Source: an uncultured Gammaproteobacteria bacterium
GTDB taxonomy: Bacteria > Pseudomonadota > Gammaproteobacteria > CAWCPV01
Assembly: GCA_963797555.1 (NCBI GenBank)
Contig: CAWCPV010000014.1
Location: 384,001-448,000 of the forward strand
Reading direction: 5' to 3'
Length of the DNA: 64,000 bases
The translations under genes and the position numbers were made by a program. The notes beneath the pieces are model-generated. The model worked only from the letters and a program-made list of their open reading frames with translations. It did not search any database and had not been told where the DNA came from. Shown in pieces: positions 18,546-28,972 of the stretch. Position 1 is the stretch's first letter; each line of letters starts with the position of its first letter.

Positions 18546-19528
18546 CCCAAGCGTAAGGTTACGTCGCCGGAAGAATAGTGGCGAATGCCCCCGTCGTGGT
18601 ATAGGGTCAGTTCACCTGCAGGCGTAACGCCGAGGGCCACGCCGGTGACTGCGCGGTCATTCCAGCGGAGGTTTACCGGCCTGCCGGCCGTGAGATCCAG
18701 ACGCACCCAGTCATCGAGGAAAGGCTGGAGCCCCAACCGCTCATACGTATGCAACGCCAAGAGCAGGTGATGCAGTAACCTGCCGGCGACACGATTGCGA
18801 GACGCGCGAGTTCCGAGGACTTCTTGGAGGTCGCAGCATGGCTGGTCGATGGCTCGAGCCGATGCGTCCGGCATGCGCACATTGAGGCCCACGCCGACCA
18901 CGCACCCGTGCGGCGCCGAAGGGCCGGATACGGCTTCCACGAGCACACCGCCCAGCTTCCGTCCCTTCCACAGAAGGTCGTTGGGCCATTTGAGTCCGAT
19001 GTCCCGCGCTCCTGCCTCCTCCACTGATCGGGCCACGGCCACGCCCATGGCCAGACTCAATCCGCCCGGGGACTCCGACCGCGCCCTCAAGTGCCAGAGC
19101 ACTGACAGGCAGATACTGGACGCCAATGGCGCCACCCAGGCACGGCCGCGCCGTCCATGTCCGGCAGACTGGTATTCCGCAAGACACGCCCACCCCTTAT
19201 AAAGATCTCCCGCCCGATCCAGCAGGTGACGGTTGGTGGAATCCAAGACATCACCGATGTCGATCCCGCTAAGGAGCGAACGGGATCCCTCGTCCAGCGC
19301 CGACAGCACCGCGCCGCGGCGCAGGAACTCCAGGGGCTCTGTCAGCCGGAAACTCCCACCCGGTGCTGGCTGCACTTGGACCCCCAAGCCCTCGAGTTCC
19401 CGAACACCGCACTGGAGGGCCGCGGGGTCTCCGAACTCCTCGCTCAACTCTACCCTGCTGCGGGATTCTCCATCCGCCAACAGACGCGCCAGCTTTAGAG
19501 CGACTTCCATGGCAGCGGCTTCAACCAT
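18542..19528 (-). CDS. birA: biotin--acetyl-CoA-carboxylase ligase / repressor
   Basis: DSTN, AEYQSAGHGRRGRAW, LKWPND...KLGG.LVE; start uncertain. Confidence 0.95.
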   Translation of the reverse strand: MVEAAAMEVALKLARLLADGESRSRVELSEEFGDPAALQCGVRELEGLGVQVQPAPGGSFRLTEPLEFLRRGAVLSALDEGSRSLLSGIDIGDVLDSTNRHLLDRAGDLYKGWACLAEYQSAGHGRRGRAWVAPLASSICLSVLWHLRARSESPGGLSLAMGVAVARSVEEAGARDIGLKWPNDLLWKGRKLGGVLVEAVSGPSAPHGCVVGVGLNVRMPDASARAIDQPCCDLQEVLGTRASRNRVAGRLLHHLLLALHTYERLGLQPFLDDWVRLDLTAGRPVNLRWNDRAVTGVALGVTPAGELTLYHDGGIRHYSSGDVTLRLG

Positions 19529-19681
19529 GACTGGTAATTTTCGGGGCTCGGATTCTAGCATGCGGCGGCAAGCGCACCGTACCGCCGTCGCGGTCACCTA
19601 TAGAAGAGTCTCCTGGAAAATCCGGGAGGTGTTTACCATACTTGACGGGCACCACTCGACTGGAGGATAGGAGCAGCAACC

Positions 19682-19981
19682 ATGAAGACCCTATTTATCG
19701 CGTTGTGGCTCGCGGGCAGCGTAACGGTCGCTGCGACGGCCTACGGTGATATCCCATGGGAATTCGGCACCGCGCGGGGGCACGCACAGCAACAGCAGGC
19801 GAATGCAGTCGCGGCGGCGATGAATCAGCGGTGGGCGCAGTATACGACGCCGCCTGTGTGGAGCAGTATCGGCCCGGTGCTCGTCCCCTGGAACGGCCGT
19901 CCTCAGATGCCACCTCCCGGTATCCGAGGCGGCGCTTGTTACGCCGGCTGGATGGGAGGACCGCCCTCCGGGCGCTGTTAG
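19682..19981 (+). CDS. small secreted hypothetical protein
   Basis: AGGAG RBS and signal-peptide-like MKTLFIALWLAGSVTVAATAYG. Confidence 0.45.
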   Translation: MKTLFIALWLAGSVTVAATAYGDIPWEFGTARGHAQQQQANAVAAAMNQRWAQYTTPPVWSSIGPVLVPWNGRPQMPPPGIRGGACYAGWMGGPPSGRC

Positions 19982-20087
19982 CCGCTCCGCCCGTAGGATG
20001 GGGTGGGGCATCCGACGGGTCTTCAGCCACTCACGAATCCGCGCGGCCGTCCGGGAACAACCCGTCGATTTGCCCCGCCCCTTCCTC

Positions 20088-20113
20088 GGGCTCAGTCCCC
20101 CGGGACTGAGCCC
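20088..20113. terminator. GC-rich hairpin between convergent genes
   Basis: GGGCTCAGTCCC / GGGACTGAGCCC inverted repeat; no clear U tract. Confidence 0.4.
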
Positions 20114-20153
20114 CCGTAAATAGACCTGCTGCGACCATTTCTTCACAAAGCTC

Positions 20154-21272
20154 TCAGCCTTGGCCCGCCTCCGACTCCACCGGGGCATCCGCCGAAGGTC
20201 TGTCGTCAGGGGTAACCTCAAGACCGTGGGTCGCTCGTGGCCAGGCGGTAATGACGGCCTGCACCAGGGTCGCTAGCGGGATCGCAAAGAAGATGCCCCA
20301 GAACCCCCACATATCCCCGAACACTAGGAGAGCGAGGATGATCGCCACGAAGTGTAAGTTCACCACCTCCGAGAAGATGAGCGGCACCAGCAGATTGCCA
20401 TCCACCACCTGGATGATCGTATAGGCCAGGACCGAATAGGCGAACCCGGCGCTCCACCCCCATTGGAAGTAAGCCACCATCGCCACGGGTATGGTCACGG
20501 AAATGGCTCCGATGTACGGAACGATGGTCGACAGACCCACCAGCGCCCCGAGTAAGACGGCGTAGTTCAACCCCATGAGGGCGAACACGACGTAGGAACC
20601 TAGGGCAACGATGAGGATCTCGAGAAACTTCCCGCGGACGTAGTTGCCGATCTGTTCGTTCATCTCCTTCCAGACCTGCGCCGCGAGGCGCCGTTCGTGC
20701 GGCAGAAACGTAGCGATCCATTCGAGGATCGTATCCTTGTCCTTGAGGAAGAAGAACACGAGCATCGGCACGAGGATCACGTATACCAGCAGCGTGATGA
20801 GGTCCGGGATGAACGCCAGCGAGTGAGACAGGACCTCCTGGCCCCAAGCCGCCACCTGATTGCGGATGGCGGTAATAATCTCGCGCACCAACGCCTCGGA
20901 CACCGTCTCCGGATACAGCTCGGGCAGTCTGAGAAGGAGCTGTTGTCCCTTCACGATCATGTTCGGAAGCTCCTGAAAGAACTGCGTGATCTGCCCGGAT
21001 AGCAGGGGCAGCAGCCCGAACAGCGAGTAAACCAAGCAGGCGAAAAACACCGAGAAGACGATAGTCACCGCCGGCAAGCGCGGGATGCGATAGCGCTCCA
21101 GGAATCCGATCACCCCCTCCAACAGATAGGCGATGACGATCCCAGCGATGACCGGCGCCAGGGTCCGCCCCAGCAGCATGATCGTGGCGAAACCGACCGC
21201 CAACAGCAGTCCCAGGATGACCACCTGAGGATCTGCGAGGTAGCGCTTGAACCAAGCGCTGATGACATTCAT
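20154..21272 (-). CDS. AI-2E (PerM) family transporter
   Basis: Multi-TM protein; FFFLKD, YVRGK..EI, VPYIGA, DGNLLVPLIFSEVVNLH. Confidence 0.9.
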   Translation of the reverse strand: MNVISAWFKRYLADPQVVILGLLLAVGFATIMLLGRTLAPVIAGIVIAYLLEGVIGFLERYRIPRLPAVTIVFSVFFACLVYSLFGLLPLLSGQITQFFQELPNMIVKGQQLLLRLPELYPETVSEALVREIITAIRNQVAAWGQEVLSHSLAFIPDLITLLVYVILVPMLVFFFLKDKDTILEWIATFLPHERRLAAQVWKEMNEQIGNYVRGKFLEILIVALGSYVVFALMGLNYAVLLGALVGLSTIVPYIGAISVTIPVAMVAYFQWGWSAGFAYSVLAYTIIQVVDGNLLVPLIFSEVVNLHFVAIILALLVFGDMWGFWGIFFAIPLATLVQAVITAWPRATHGLEVTPDDRPSADAPVESEAGQG

Positions 21273-21625
21273 TTGGAGGCGTCGTCGGTCCCAGCCAGGT
21301 GCTCATAGTGCCGCCTGAACAGCACCTCCAGCTCGTCGATGACCTCGACCGCGTCCCGGCCGTGCATCACGTGCTGACTGACCAGAAGGGAGGTCTCGTT
21401 CAGCAGTACCGCCTTGTCCAGCATCGGGTAGGTAGCCGAGAGGCGCTTCAAAGCCCCAATGACCGACTCGCGCTCGGGACGCTGCACCGCTATCGGCGAA
21501 CCCACGGACTGAGGCGTTGCGGCAAGCCGACTTTCCAAGAACTCCGCGAAGGCGAGGACGGTCGCCCGCCCCTCCTCACCCAGGAGGCGAAATATCTTCA
21601 ACAGCCTACGCTCGTCCGAGGCCAC
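21269..21625 (-). CDS. conserved hypothetical protein
   Basis: FAEFL...RPERESVIGALKRLSATYPMLD...VIDELE; ATGA coupling to the AI-2E gene; start uncertain. Confidence 0.7.
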   Translation of the reverse strand: MASDERRLLKIFRLLGEEGRATVLAFAEFLESRLAATPQSVGSPIAVQRPERESVIGALKRLSATYPMLDKAVLLNETSLLVSQHVMHGRDAVEVIDELEVLFRRHYEHLAGTDDASK

Positions 21626-22278
21626 TGCTACTCCCGTTGAGACCGAAGACCGAAGCCTTGTGGCGCTCGCTGTTTCAGGTCCGGCTCCTTGACCAGCGCC
21701 GCCATCACGGGATCCTCCGTCGGCTGCATACGGTCCCACGTCTGGCGCGTCCTCGTGAGAGGCTGCCCGATGTCGTCCGGCGGGTCCCGACCGACTCCAT
21801 CACTATGCCCTCTGACATGGCACCCTTCATCTCCGGCACAAACAGTGGGCCGTGAGTCTGGTGGTGGGGCCGGACGGCGAACCACTTGCCTGAGTGGTCC
21901 ATAACGATAGGGCGGAGCCCTTCGGGCAGCTCCGCGGAGCCGTTGTACGCGACCAACCCGCGCTCCGAGCACGGCTTGCACAAGGCTGTTCTTGGTGCCA
22001 ACCTCGGTGGCAAACGCCGTGGTCCAACAGGACGTTCGGGAAGACTCGAACCACGGCGGCCGCGCCCCGGCCCCTGCGGGCACCAGGCGGCGGCGAATGC
22101 CGATACCCACGACGGGCGCGTCCGTCTGTTGAAAAAAGCTGATGAGCGGCTTCTGGCCGACAAAGGGCCGAAATGGTTAAAACCGACGTTGCGCAACTCC
22201 AGTCGGCGCTCAATCCGGCCCACGCCCTCCCGATAGGAATGCTCCACGACGGCGTAAAGTCTCATTCCACGCGCCGCC

Positions 22279-23196
22279 TTAGCGGCCCGCAGCAGCCGTC
22301 GCGTGCGCCTTGCAGTAAGTGCGGGCGAAACTCAGGATCTCATCCACGGCCCGCATGCGGAACTTCTGTTTCTGGTAGACGAAGGAAAACGGCCGTTCCA
22401 AGGGCGGATCGAGTTGTGCTGCGGCCAGTGATCCCAGCTGCAACTCCTTGACGATCGTCACCCGGGACAGCACAGAAATCCCCATCCCTGCCTCGACTGC
22501 GCCTTTGATGGCCTCTGGACTGCCGAGCTCCATGACGATGTTCAAATCTCCCGCGCCCAGCCCCGCGGCACTCAGATAATCGAAGATCACTTCGCGGGTG
22601 CCCGAGCCCTCCTCGCGGCAGATATAGGGGTAGCTGGCCAGCCGGTGCACCGCGACCGGCTCGGGGCCGGCCAAGGGATGATGGGCTGGCGTCACAACGA
22701 CCAACTGGTCCATGCGGCACACCTCTACGATCAGGTTCTTGTTATTCACCGGGCCCTCTACCACGCCTAGATCGATGGCGTTGCTCTCCACCATATTCAC
22801 CACGCCCTCGGTGTTCGAGACCTTCAAGCGGATGTTGATCTCCGGGTATTTTGACTTGAAATCCCCAAGCAGCGCCGGCAGCATGTACTCGGCGATGGTG
22901 GTGCTGGCGCCAATGATCAGCACGCCGCTGATGTCGCCGGTCAGTTCGCGCACCGCGTTGTCCATGGCGCGGTACTGCTCCAAGATACGGTCTGCATACT
23001 GGAACACCAGCTTGCCGGCGTCGGTCAGGGTGATGCGGTTATGCGTCCTGTCGAACAGGCGCGTGTTGAAATACTCTTCAAGCTGGCGCACCTGGAAGGT
23101 CACGGCCGGCTGGGTCATATGCAAGGTCTCGGCCGCCTTGGTGAAACTGAGCAGCCGGGCCACGGTATGAAAGACTTGCAGCCTCCTGTCCGCCAT
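22279..23196 (-). CDS. LysR-family regulator (CysL/YeiE-like)
   Basis: SFTKAAETLHMTQPAVTFQVRQLEE HTH, GASTTIAEY, REEGSGTR. Confidence 0.95.
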   Translation of the reverse strand: MADRRLQVFHTVARLLSFTKAAETLHMTQPAVTFQVRQLEEYFNTRLFDRTHNRITLTDAGKLVFQYADRILEQYRAMDNAVRELTGDISGVLIIGASTTIAEYMLPALLGDFKSKYPEINIRLKVSNTEGVVNMVESNAIDLGVVEGPVNNKNLIVEVCRMDQLVVVTPAHHPLAGPEPVAVHRLASYPYICREEGSGTREVIFDYLSAAGLGAGDLNIVMELGSPEAIKGAVEAGMGISVLSRVTIVKELQLGSLAAAQLDPPLERPFSFVYQKQKFRMRAVDEILSFARTYCKAHATAAAGR

Positions 23197-23678
23197 CACA
23201 TCCTGACCCACGCCTCGGGCGTCATTGCAGAACCTTCCGAAAGACTTGACTATATTCTAACGCGCGAGACCGACACGGGTTCTGTGCGCGCATCCCCATG
23301 CTTAGCAACGGTCGTCCCATGAGATAACAGACGCGGGGTAAGAGTTCGACCTGCGGGGCGTGAGTCTGTAGGCGGTTAACTGCACCCGAGCCGCCCGCGC
23401 AAGCTGCGGCTGCGCGCGCACCCACTCCGGGGTGCGTTCTCGCTGGGCCTCCAGCGCTGCTATCTGCCCAGCGCCGCGCACGGACAACTTCCGTGGGCGT
23501 CAGGGTGACGAGTATTCGTTGAGCGGTTACCCCCAAGGTCAAGTCACATCCCAGAGACGGGTCCTTCCTGTCCTCTCGGGGCGGACGACCCTCGTCTCTC
23601 GCCAAGCAGCAGGCGCTGCTGCGCCGGCTCACACGGCGCGCGACGCCCCAACCGCCGCGCGGGTTCGCTGCCGCGCTG

Positions 23679-24071
23679 TCACAGCGCGTCCATAACCCGC
23701 ACCAGCCGCTGGCGCACCTCGGTGGCCAACTCCGTCACGGCAGGATTATCCACGAGTTGCAGGACGGCCTGGGGGTCCATGAACTCGATGTGTACCGTAC
23801 TGTCGTGGTCCTGCCTGACCACGACGTTGCACGGCAGCAGCAGACCGATGCTCGGCTCCGCCGCCAGTGCCCGGTGCGCCAGGGGCGGATTGCATGCCCC
23901 GAGGATACGATAAGGCGGAATCTCGCTGCCCAGTTTCTGCTTGAGCGTCGCGGCCACGTCGATCTCGGTGAGTACCCCGAACCCCTCTGTCTTGAGGGCG
24001 TCGGTGACCGACTGAAGCGCCCGTTCGAATTCCATGTGCACTTGTTTGCCGAAACCATAACTGACAGCCAT
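23679..24071 (-). CDS. DUF302 domain protein
   Basis: GFGVLTEIDV..TLK.K, ILGACNP, IGLLLPCNVVV. Confidence 0.9.
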   Translation of the reverse strand: MAVSYGFGKQVHMEFERALQSVTDALKTEGFGVLTEIDVAATLKQKLGSEIPPYRILGACNPPLAHRALAAEPSIGLLLPCNVVVRQDHDSTVHIEFMDPQAVLQLVDNPAVTELATEVRQRLVRVMDAL

Positions 24072-24102
24072 GCGGGTTCACCTCTATAATTGTCGGGCGC
24101 GG

Positions 24103-24187
24103 CGGAGAGGGTGGGATTCGAACCCACGGGAGGTCACCCTCCAACGGTTTTCAAGACCGCCGCTTTCGACCGCTCAGCCACCTCTCC
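24103..24187 (-). tRNA. tRNA-Ser(UGA)
   Basis: GGAGAGGTGGCTGAGCGGTCGAAAGCGGCGGTCTTGAAAACCG, long variable arm, GGTTCGAATCCCACCCTCTCCG. Confidence 0.95.
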
Positions 24188-24347
24188 GAACGCGTGACAG
24201 AATACCCGATGGCCCGGTCCGGATGCCACCTTGGCCCCGGACGCGGCATGCAGTAAGCTGGACGCCTCGGAATGAAACGCCCGGCCGCCTGTCCAACGGG
24301 TAGCCGGTATTGAGCCAAGCCACAAACCAAGAGGGAGACATCATCCG

Positions 24348-25013
24348 ATGCCTACGCCGCCGCAGATCCTGACGCGCCGCGTCGATACGACACTCGCCAC
24401 CAACAAAGTCCTGCGAAATACCTACGCCTTGCTGGCCATGACCTTGATGTTCAGTGCCGCAACGGCCGGCGTTTCCATGGCGCTGAATTTGCCCCACCCT
24501 GGGGTCCTGATCACCCTGGTGGGTTATTTCGGGTTGCTGTTTCTGACTACGAAGTTCCGTAACAGCGCCCTGGGACTGGTTTTCGTGTTCGCTCTGACGG
24601 GCTTCATGGGGTTAACCTTGGGACCGATCCTGCACGCCTATCTGAAGCTGTCCAACGGGACCCAGATAGTAACTCTCGCACTGGGCGGCACGGCTGCCGT
24701 CTTCGTCGGCCTGTCCGCCTATGCCGTGACGTCACGAAAAGACTTCAGTTTCCTGGGCGGGATGCTGACGGCCGGTATCCTGGTGGCGTTCCTGGCAGGG
24801 CTGGCCGCCTACTTCTTTGCTATGCCGACCCTCGCTCTCGCCGTATCCGCCATGTTCGCGCTTCTCATGTCGGGCCTGATCCTCTTCGAGACCAGCCAGA
24901 TCGTCCAGGGGGGTGAGACCAACTACATCATGGCAACCGTCACCCTCTACATCAGCATCTACAACCTCCTCCTCAGCTTACTCCAGCTCTTGGGCTTCGC
25001 GAGCGAGGAGTAG
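24348..25013 (+). CDS. yccA: Bax inhibitor-1/YccA family membrane protein
   Basis: NKVLRNTY.LL, FALTGFMG.TLGP, GGETNYIMATVTLY; divergent from tRNA-Ser. Confidence 0.92.
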   Translation: MPTPPQILTRRVDTTLATNKVLRNTYALLAMTLMFSAATAGVSMALNLPHPGVLITLVGYFGLLFLTTKFRNSALGLVFVFALTGFMGLTLGPILHAYLKLSNGTQIVTLALGGTAAVFVGLSAYAVTSRKDFSFLGGMLTAGILVAFLAGLAAYFFAMPTLALAVSAMFALLMSGLILFETSQIVQGGETNYIMATVTLYISIYNLLLSLLQLLGFASEE

Positions 25014-25246
25014 TGGTTGATGACGGGCACACCGGCTTGTGGGGATCATTCTCGACGGTCGCGGCCCGGGAACCCCCACAGATCGGATTTGCGCGCACTC
25101 CGCTTCATACTGGCGGTCGCAAGCGTCTCCGATACTCGTAGTCGGCTCGCCCTCGGTTAGACGGGTGCAAGGCGCGCTGGCAAGGACGCTTCGAATTCTT
25201 CCGCGCGCCGCTCGAGAAATGGGACAATCACGGCAAGAGGCATGCT

Positions 25247-26905
25247 CCTGATTCCGTGACTTCGCGTCTCAGCGGATGGCCGCAACCTGCTGATTTATCA
25301 TTGCAGTTCAGCTAAAATCGGGCCGCACTCCAGCTCACCCGGCAGGTGAACGATGAAGCGGTTCATCTTGGAGCAGTCCGATGAGGAATTTTACACCTCC
25401 CATTCTGGTCTGGCCTTGGTCGGTCTTTGCGGCAACCGCTTTAGCGGGTTGGGCAAGGCGCTGAAGCAGGCGATCCCGCTACGCCACGGCATCTCCCATG
25501 AAGACGTAGCCAAGAGCTATCTGGGGTTGATGTGTTTGGGCAAGAGCGACTTCGAAGCGGTCTCCAACGTCCGAGAGGACGATTTCTTCCGCCAGGCGTT
25601 GGGGCTGGAGCGGGTACCCTCGCCAGAAACGCTGAGGCAGCGTCTCGACGAGCACGCAGCGGTCCTGCGGGAGGTCATTGACGAGGCCGATATCGAGTTC
25701 ATGGTCAACGCCAAGGCACCGGTCAGTGCGCTCAAGACCGGTCATGTGCCGGTGGACATCGATGTCTTTCCCATGGACAACTCCGGGACCAAGCAAGAAG
25801 GAGTCTCGCGCACCTACCACGGCTATGACGGTTATGCGCCGATCGCGACCTACGTGGGAACCGAAGGGTGGTGCGTCGGCTGTGAGCTGCGAGAAGGCAA
25901 GCAGCACAGTCAGAAGGAATTCGGCTAGGTCTGGGAGCGCATCCTGCCGCGGGCCAGGCGCCTGACCAAACTGCCGCTGCTGGTGCGCCAGGACAGCGCC
26001 CACGACGCCTTGGAGAACCGGCTGCGCTACCTCGAAGAGGAGGTGGACTTCATTATCCAGTGGAACCCTCGGGGCGAGGACCCTGCCCATTGGCTGGAGC
26101 GCGCCGAGCGCCAAGGGGCATGGGAGACACCCCGACCCGGCAAGCGCGTGGCGCTGTTCAGCGTCGTCGAGGAGCACCCCCATCGGGAGCACACCTACCA
26201 CGTTCGCCGGGTGATGCGGGTGACCGAGCGCACCATCGACAAGAAGGGCCAGGCGCTGTTGGTACCGGAGCTGGAGCTCGATGGCTGGTGGACCTCGCTC
26301 GCCTATCCGGACGCGGAGATCGTCGCCCTGTACCGGAGGACCTCCGAGCAGTTCCACAGCGAGTTCAAGACCGACCTCGATATCGAACGGCTGCCCTCCG
26401 GGAAATTCGACACCAATGACCTGGTGCTCGCCTTTGCCGTGTTCGCCTACAACATCCTGCGCTTCATCGGGCTCATCGGGCTGACCGGCGAGTCGGCTCC
26501 CCTGCGCCATCCGGCCAAGCGCCGGCGGATCAAGACCGTCCTCCAGGAACTGATGTACCTCGCCGCCCGGTTGGTCGCCACCGCCCGCAGACTGAAGCTG
26601 CGCTTCAGCCGGCTCTGTCCCGGCTTCCGCGCCTTCGAGCAGGTGTATTACCAACTCGCCTTCGGGTAGCTAGGACGACCTCCATAGAAACTCGACCCGG
26701 GCCTCACCAGACCCCGGTGTAAACCTACGCCCGAAATTCAGCGTCCAAGCCTCAAAGCCCCGCCGTCACTCCTGCGCCGACGAGGGTCTACGCCCGCTGT
26801 ACATAGCCGGCGTCACCGGTTGGCTAAAAACTAACCAACTCAACTGAGAATAGCTCCCATTCTCTCGCGCCCCGGGCGCTCGGAGATTCAAGTCACGGAT
26901 CCAGG
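25247..26905 (+). mobile_element. IS1380-family insertion sequence
   Basis: IRs CCTGATTCCGTGACTT / AAGTCACGGATCCAGG; 5-bp duplication ATGCT on both sides. Confidence 0.9.
25353..26669 (+). pseudogene. IS1380 transposase with in-frame TAG at 25926
   Basis: YTSHSGLALVG, PSPETLRQR, DIDVFPMDNS, EQFHSEFKTDLD.ERLPSGKF.TN, AYN. Confidence 0.9.
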
Positions 26906-27016
26906 ATGCTGCTAATTTGCCCGCGCGGGAAGTCGCAGTCGTCACGCAGCGCCCGCCGGCCTTGCGAAGCTTCGTTCGTTGTGGGCTTCAGCCTGAAGGG
27001 GCTGAAGGGCATCTCA

Positions 27017-27158
27017 GAACTGGTGAAGAAATCGTCGCGAGGTGCGCAAGAGGAAGGCGCACGGAGCACAACGCCGAGACAGATCGAGTAGGCAGGCTAG
27101 ACGCTAGCGCCTCGCGACGCCCCTGTCGGGGCACGCAGCAGATTTGTTTCACAAGCTA
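27017..27158. mobile_element. MITE family A, degenerate copy
   Basis: Flanked by TCA/TCA; similar to 53928-54142 (AAATCGTCGCGAG...AAGGCGCACGGAGC...CACGCAGCAGATTT...TTCACAAGCT). Confidence 0.7.
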
Positions 27159-27602
27159 TCAGGCCACGGACCGTTCCTCGGAGACAGTGCGCTTATCCAG
27201 ATTGGGTGCTGCACCAGTCCAATGTACGCTGTCGATGAGCTGCGTCAGGGTGATAGTCTCCAAAAAATCTCTCACTCGGCGGCTCAGGGCGTGCCAGAGC
27301 TTTTGCGATGGTGCAAGTGCCACGTGCGCCTCTCTTGCCACCAGAGGGCCATCCACCGTCGAGACGATGTCGGCGATGCTTATCTGACTGGGCGGCTTGC
27401 TCAGGCAGTAGCCACCACCTGGACCGCGTATGCCTTCGACCAGCCCCTGCCGGCGCAGGCGCGAGAATATCTGCTCCAGGTAGGACAGGGAAATGCCCTG
27501 GCGCTGCGAGATCTGGGCCAGGGTTACCGGGGCCTGCCCCGGTTGCAGCGCGAGATCCAGCATAGACGTGACTGCATAGCGAGCCTTTCTCGAAAGTCTC
27601 AT
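27159..27602 (-). CDS. Rrf2-family IscR-like regulator lacking the Fe-S cysteines
   Basis: RYAVTSMLDLA, ISQRQGISLSYLEQIF, RGPGGGY; no Cys triad between VDGP and LW. Confidence 0.88.
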   Translation of the reverse strand: MRLSRKARYAVTSMLDLALQPGQAPVTLAQISQRQGISLSYLEQIFSRLRRQGLVEGIRGPGGGYCLSKPPSQISIADIVSTVDGPLVAREAHVALAPSQKLWHALSRRVRDFLETITLTQLIDSVHWTGAAPNLDKRTVSEERSVA

Positions 27603-27671
27603 CGTGGAGCTCCGTTTATCGGTTGACATGCCAGTAGCGCGAAAATTTGACTGACACGGCAAATTGTACAC

Positions 27672-27696
27672 ATACTTGATTAAAGCAGTCAACTAA
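27672..27696. promoter_or_regulatory. IscR type-1-like operator
   Basis: ATACTTGATTAAAGCAGTCAACTAA matches ATASYYGACTRWWWYAGTCRRSTAT at 22/25 positions by hand count. Confidence 0.65.
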
Positions 27697-27829
27697 TAGG
27701 GCACTCCCGGGCATGCCCGGTGTGACACCCCGCCTTACCCCCGTCGATGGTGGGGCGGGTTGATTTCAGACTGACTCCGCAGACGATCGGCCCGGCTGGG
27801 CCCAGGGGCAAGTGTAAGGACACAGATCC

Positions 27830-28534
27830 ATGCCTGAAAGGACCACTAACGGTATCCAAGGCATGCTGCGGCAGATCCCCTTGTTCAGCGCTCTCTGCGA
27901 GCAGGATCTGGACCCCATCGCCAGAGCGGCGCGCATCCTCAGCGTGAAGAGGGGAGCCGTGGTATGCCAAAAAGGCGACCGCCTGCCAGGTTGCTACTGC
28001 GTGTTGAGCGGTCAGGTCAAGCTGGCGCTCTTGTCCCCTTCGGGCTTCGAGAAAGTGGTCGATTTGATACATCCGGGCATGAGCTTCGGCGAAGCCCTGA
28101 TGTTCGTCCGGGAACCCTGCCCCGTCTATGCCCAGGCACTGATGGACAGCACCTTGGTGTTCGTCCCCGAGGACCCGATATTCGGAGCCCTGAGTCGCAG
28201 CCCAGATTTCAGCCGCAACATGCTCGCGGGAATCAGCAGGCGCCTGCACCAGATCATCCTCGACCTGGAAAGCCAGTGCCTACAGCCCGCGGCCCAACGC
28301 ATCATCGGCTACCTGTTGAGGGAAGTCGAAGCCCAGCGGGAGAATGGCACGGGCCGGTCCGCCCGCATACGCCTGCCGGTAAGCAAGGTGATCGTCGCCT
28401 CCCACCTCAACGTCACCCCCGAGACTCTTTCGCGCACCCTGAACTTCCTGTCCCAGCAGAACCTGATCAGCGTCAAGGGCCGTCTCATCCACATCCGGGA
28501 CCTGGAAGCCCTGCGCTCCTGCGGGCGAAGCTGA
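27830..28534 (+). CDS. Crp/Fnr-family regulator, Dnr-like
   Basis: cNMP-fold PGMSFGEALMF, recognition helix TPETLSR, no N-terminal Fnr Cys cluster. Confidence 0.88.
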   Translation: MPERTTNGIQGMLRQIPLFSALCEQDLDPIARAARILSVKRGAVVCQKGDRLPGCYCVLSGQVKLALLSPSGFEKVVDLIHPGMSFGEALMFVREPCPVYAQALMDSTLVFVPEDPIFGALSRSPDFSRNMLAGISRRLHQIILDLESQCLQPAAQRIIGYLLREVEAQRENGTGRSARIRLPVSKVIVASHLNVTPETLSRTLNFLSQQNLISVKGRLIHIRDLEALRSCGRS

Positions 28535-28546
28535 GCTCTCTCTAAC

Positions 28547-28560
28547 TTGATGCAGATCAA
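28547..28560. promoter_or_regulatory. FNR/DNR box upstream of napD
   Basis: Perfect TTGAT-GCAG-ATCAA. Confidence 0.85.
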
Positions 28561-28620
28561 GGCATACTCGTCGGACGCCTTGGTACAAAGACTTTCGATG
28601 TGCGATCGCTGGCCTCGCCC

Positions 28621-28935
28621 ATGAACCTGTCCGGAATCCTTGTCGTCGTCACGCCCGAACGGACTCCTGACGCCGCACAGCGCCTTGCCGCTCTGCCGGG
28701 CGTGGAGGTACACCACACCGAGGCAGCCAGCGGACGCATCGTCGTTACCCAGGAGGCCGGATCAGTGGCCGAAGAGGTGGACGGTCTCAAGCGCATCAAG
28801 TCCCTGCCGTGGGTCGTACTGGCAGAGATGGTGTACCACTACTTCGAGGAAGATTCGTCTTTCTCGGCGGGTCCGCCCCCGGGGCTCGACGCCATGACCG
28901 GTATCCAGGTTCCCGACCAACTCAAGACAACCTAG
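28621..28935 (+). CDS. napD: NapA chaperone
   Basis: [30 protein letters not shown]; precedes napA. Confidence 0.9.
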   Translation: MNLSGILVVVTPERTPDAAQRLAALPGVEVHHTEAASGRIVVTQEAGSVAEEVDGLKRIKSLPWVVLAEMVYHYFEEDSSFSAGPPPGLDAMTGIQVPDQLKTT

Positions 28936-28972
28936 GGCGCGTTCTGGCTATCCAGCTTGGAGGGATGCGGAA

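Noticed and set aside
25926-25928. Programmed readthrough of the TAG in the IS1380 transposase
   Set aside because: No recoding signal evident; a nonsense mutation or base-call error is simpler.
25479-26654. Long antisense or alternate-frame ORFs (also 29882-31093, 54837-56336, 56315-57631, 59212-60978)
   Set aside because: Shadows of real genes in high-GC DNA with no family motifs.
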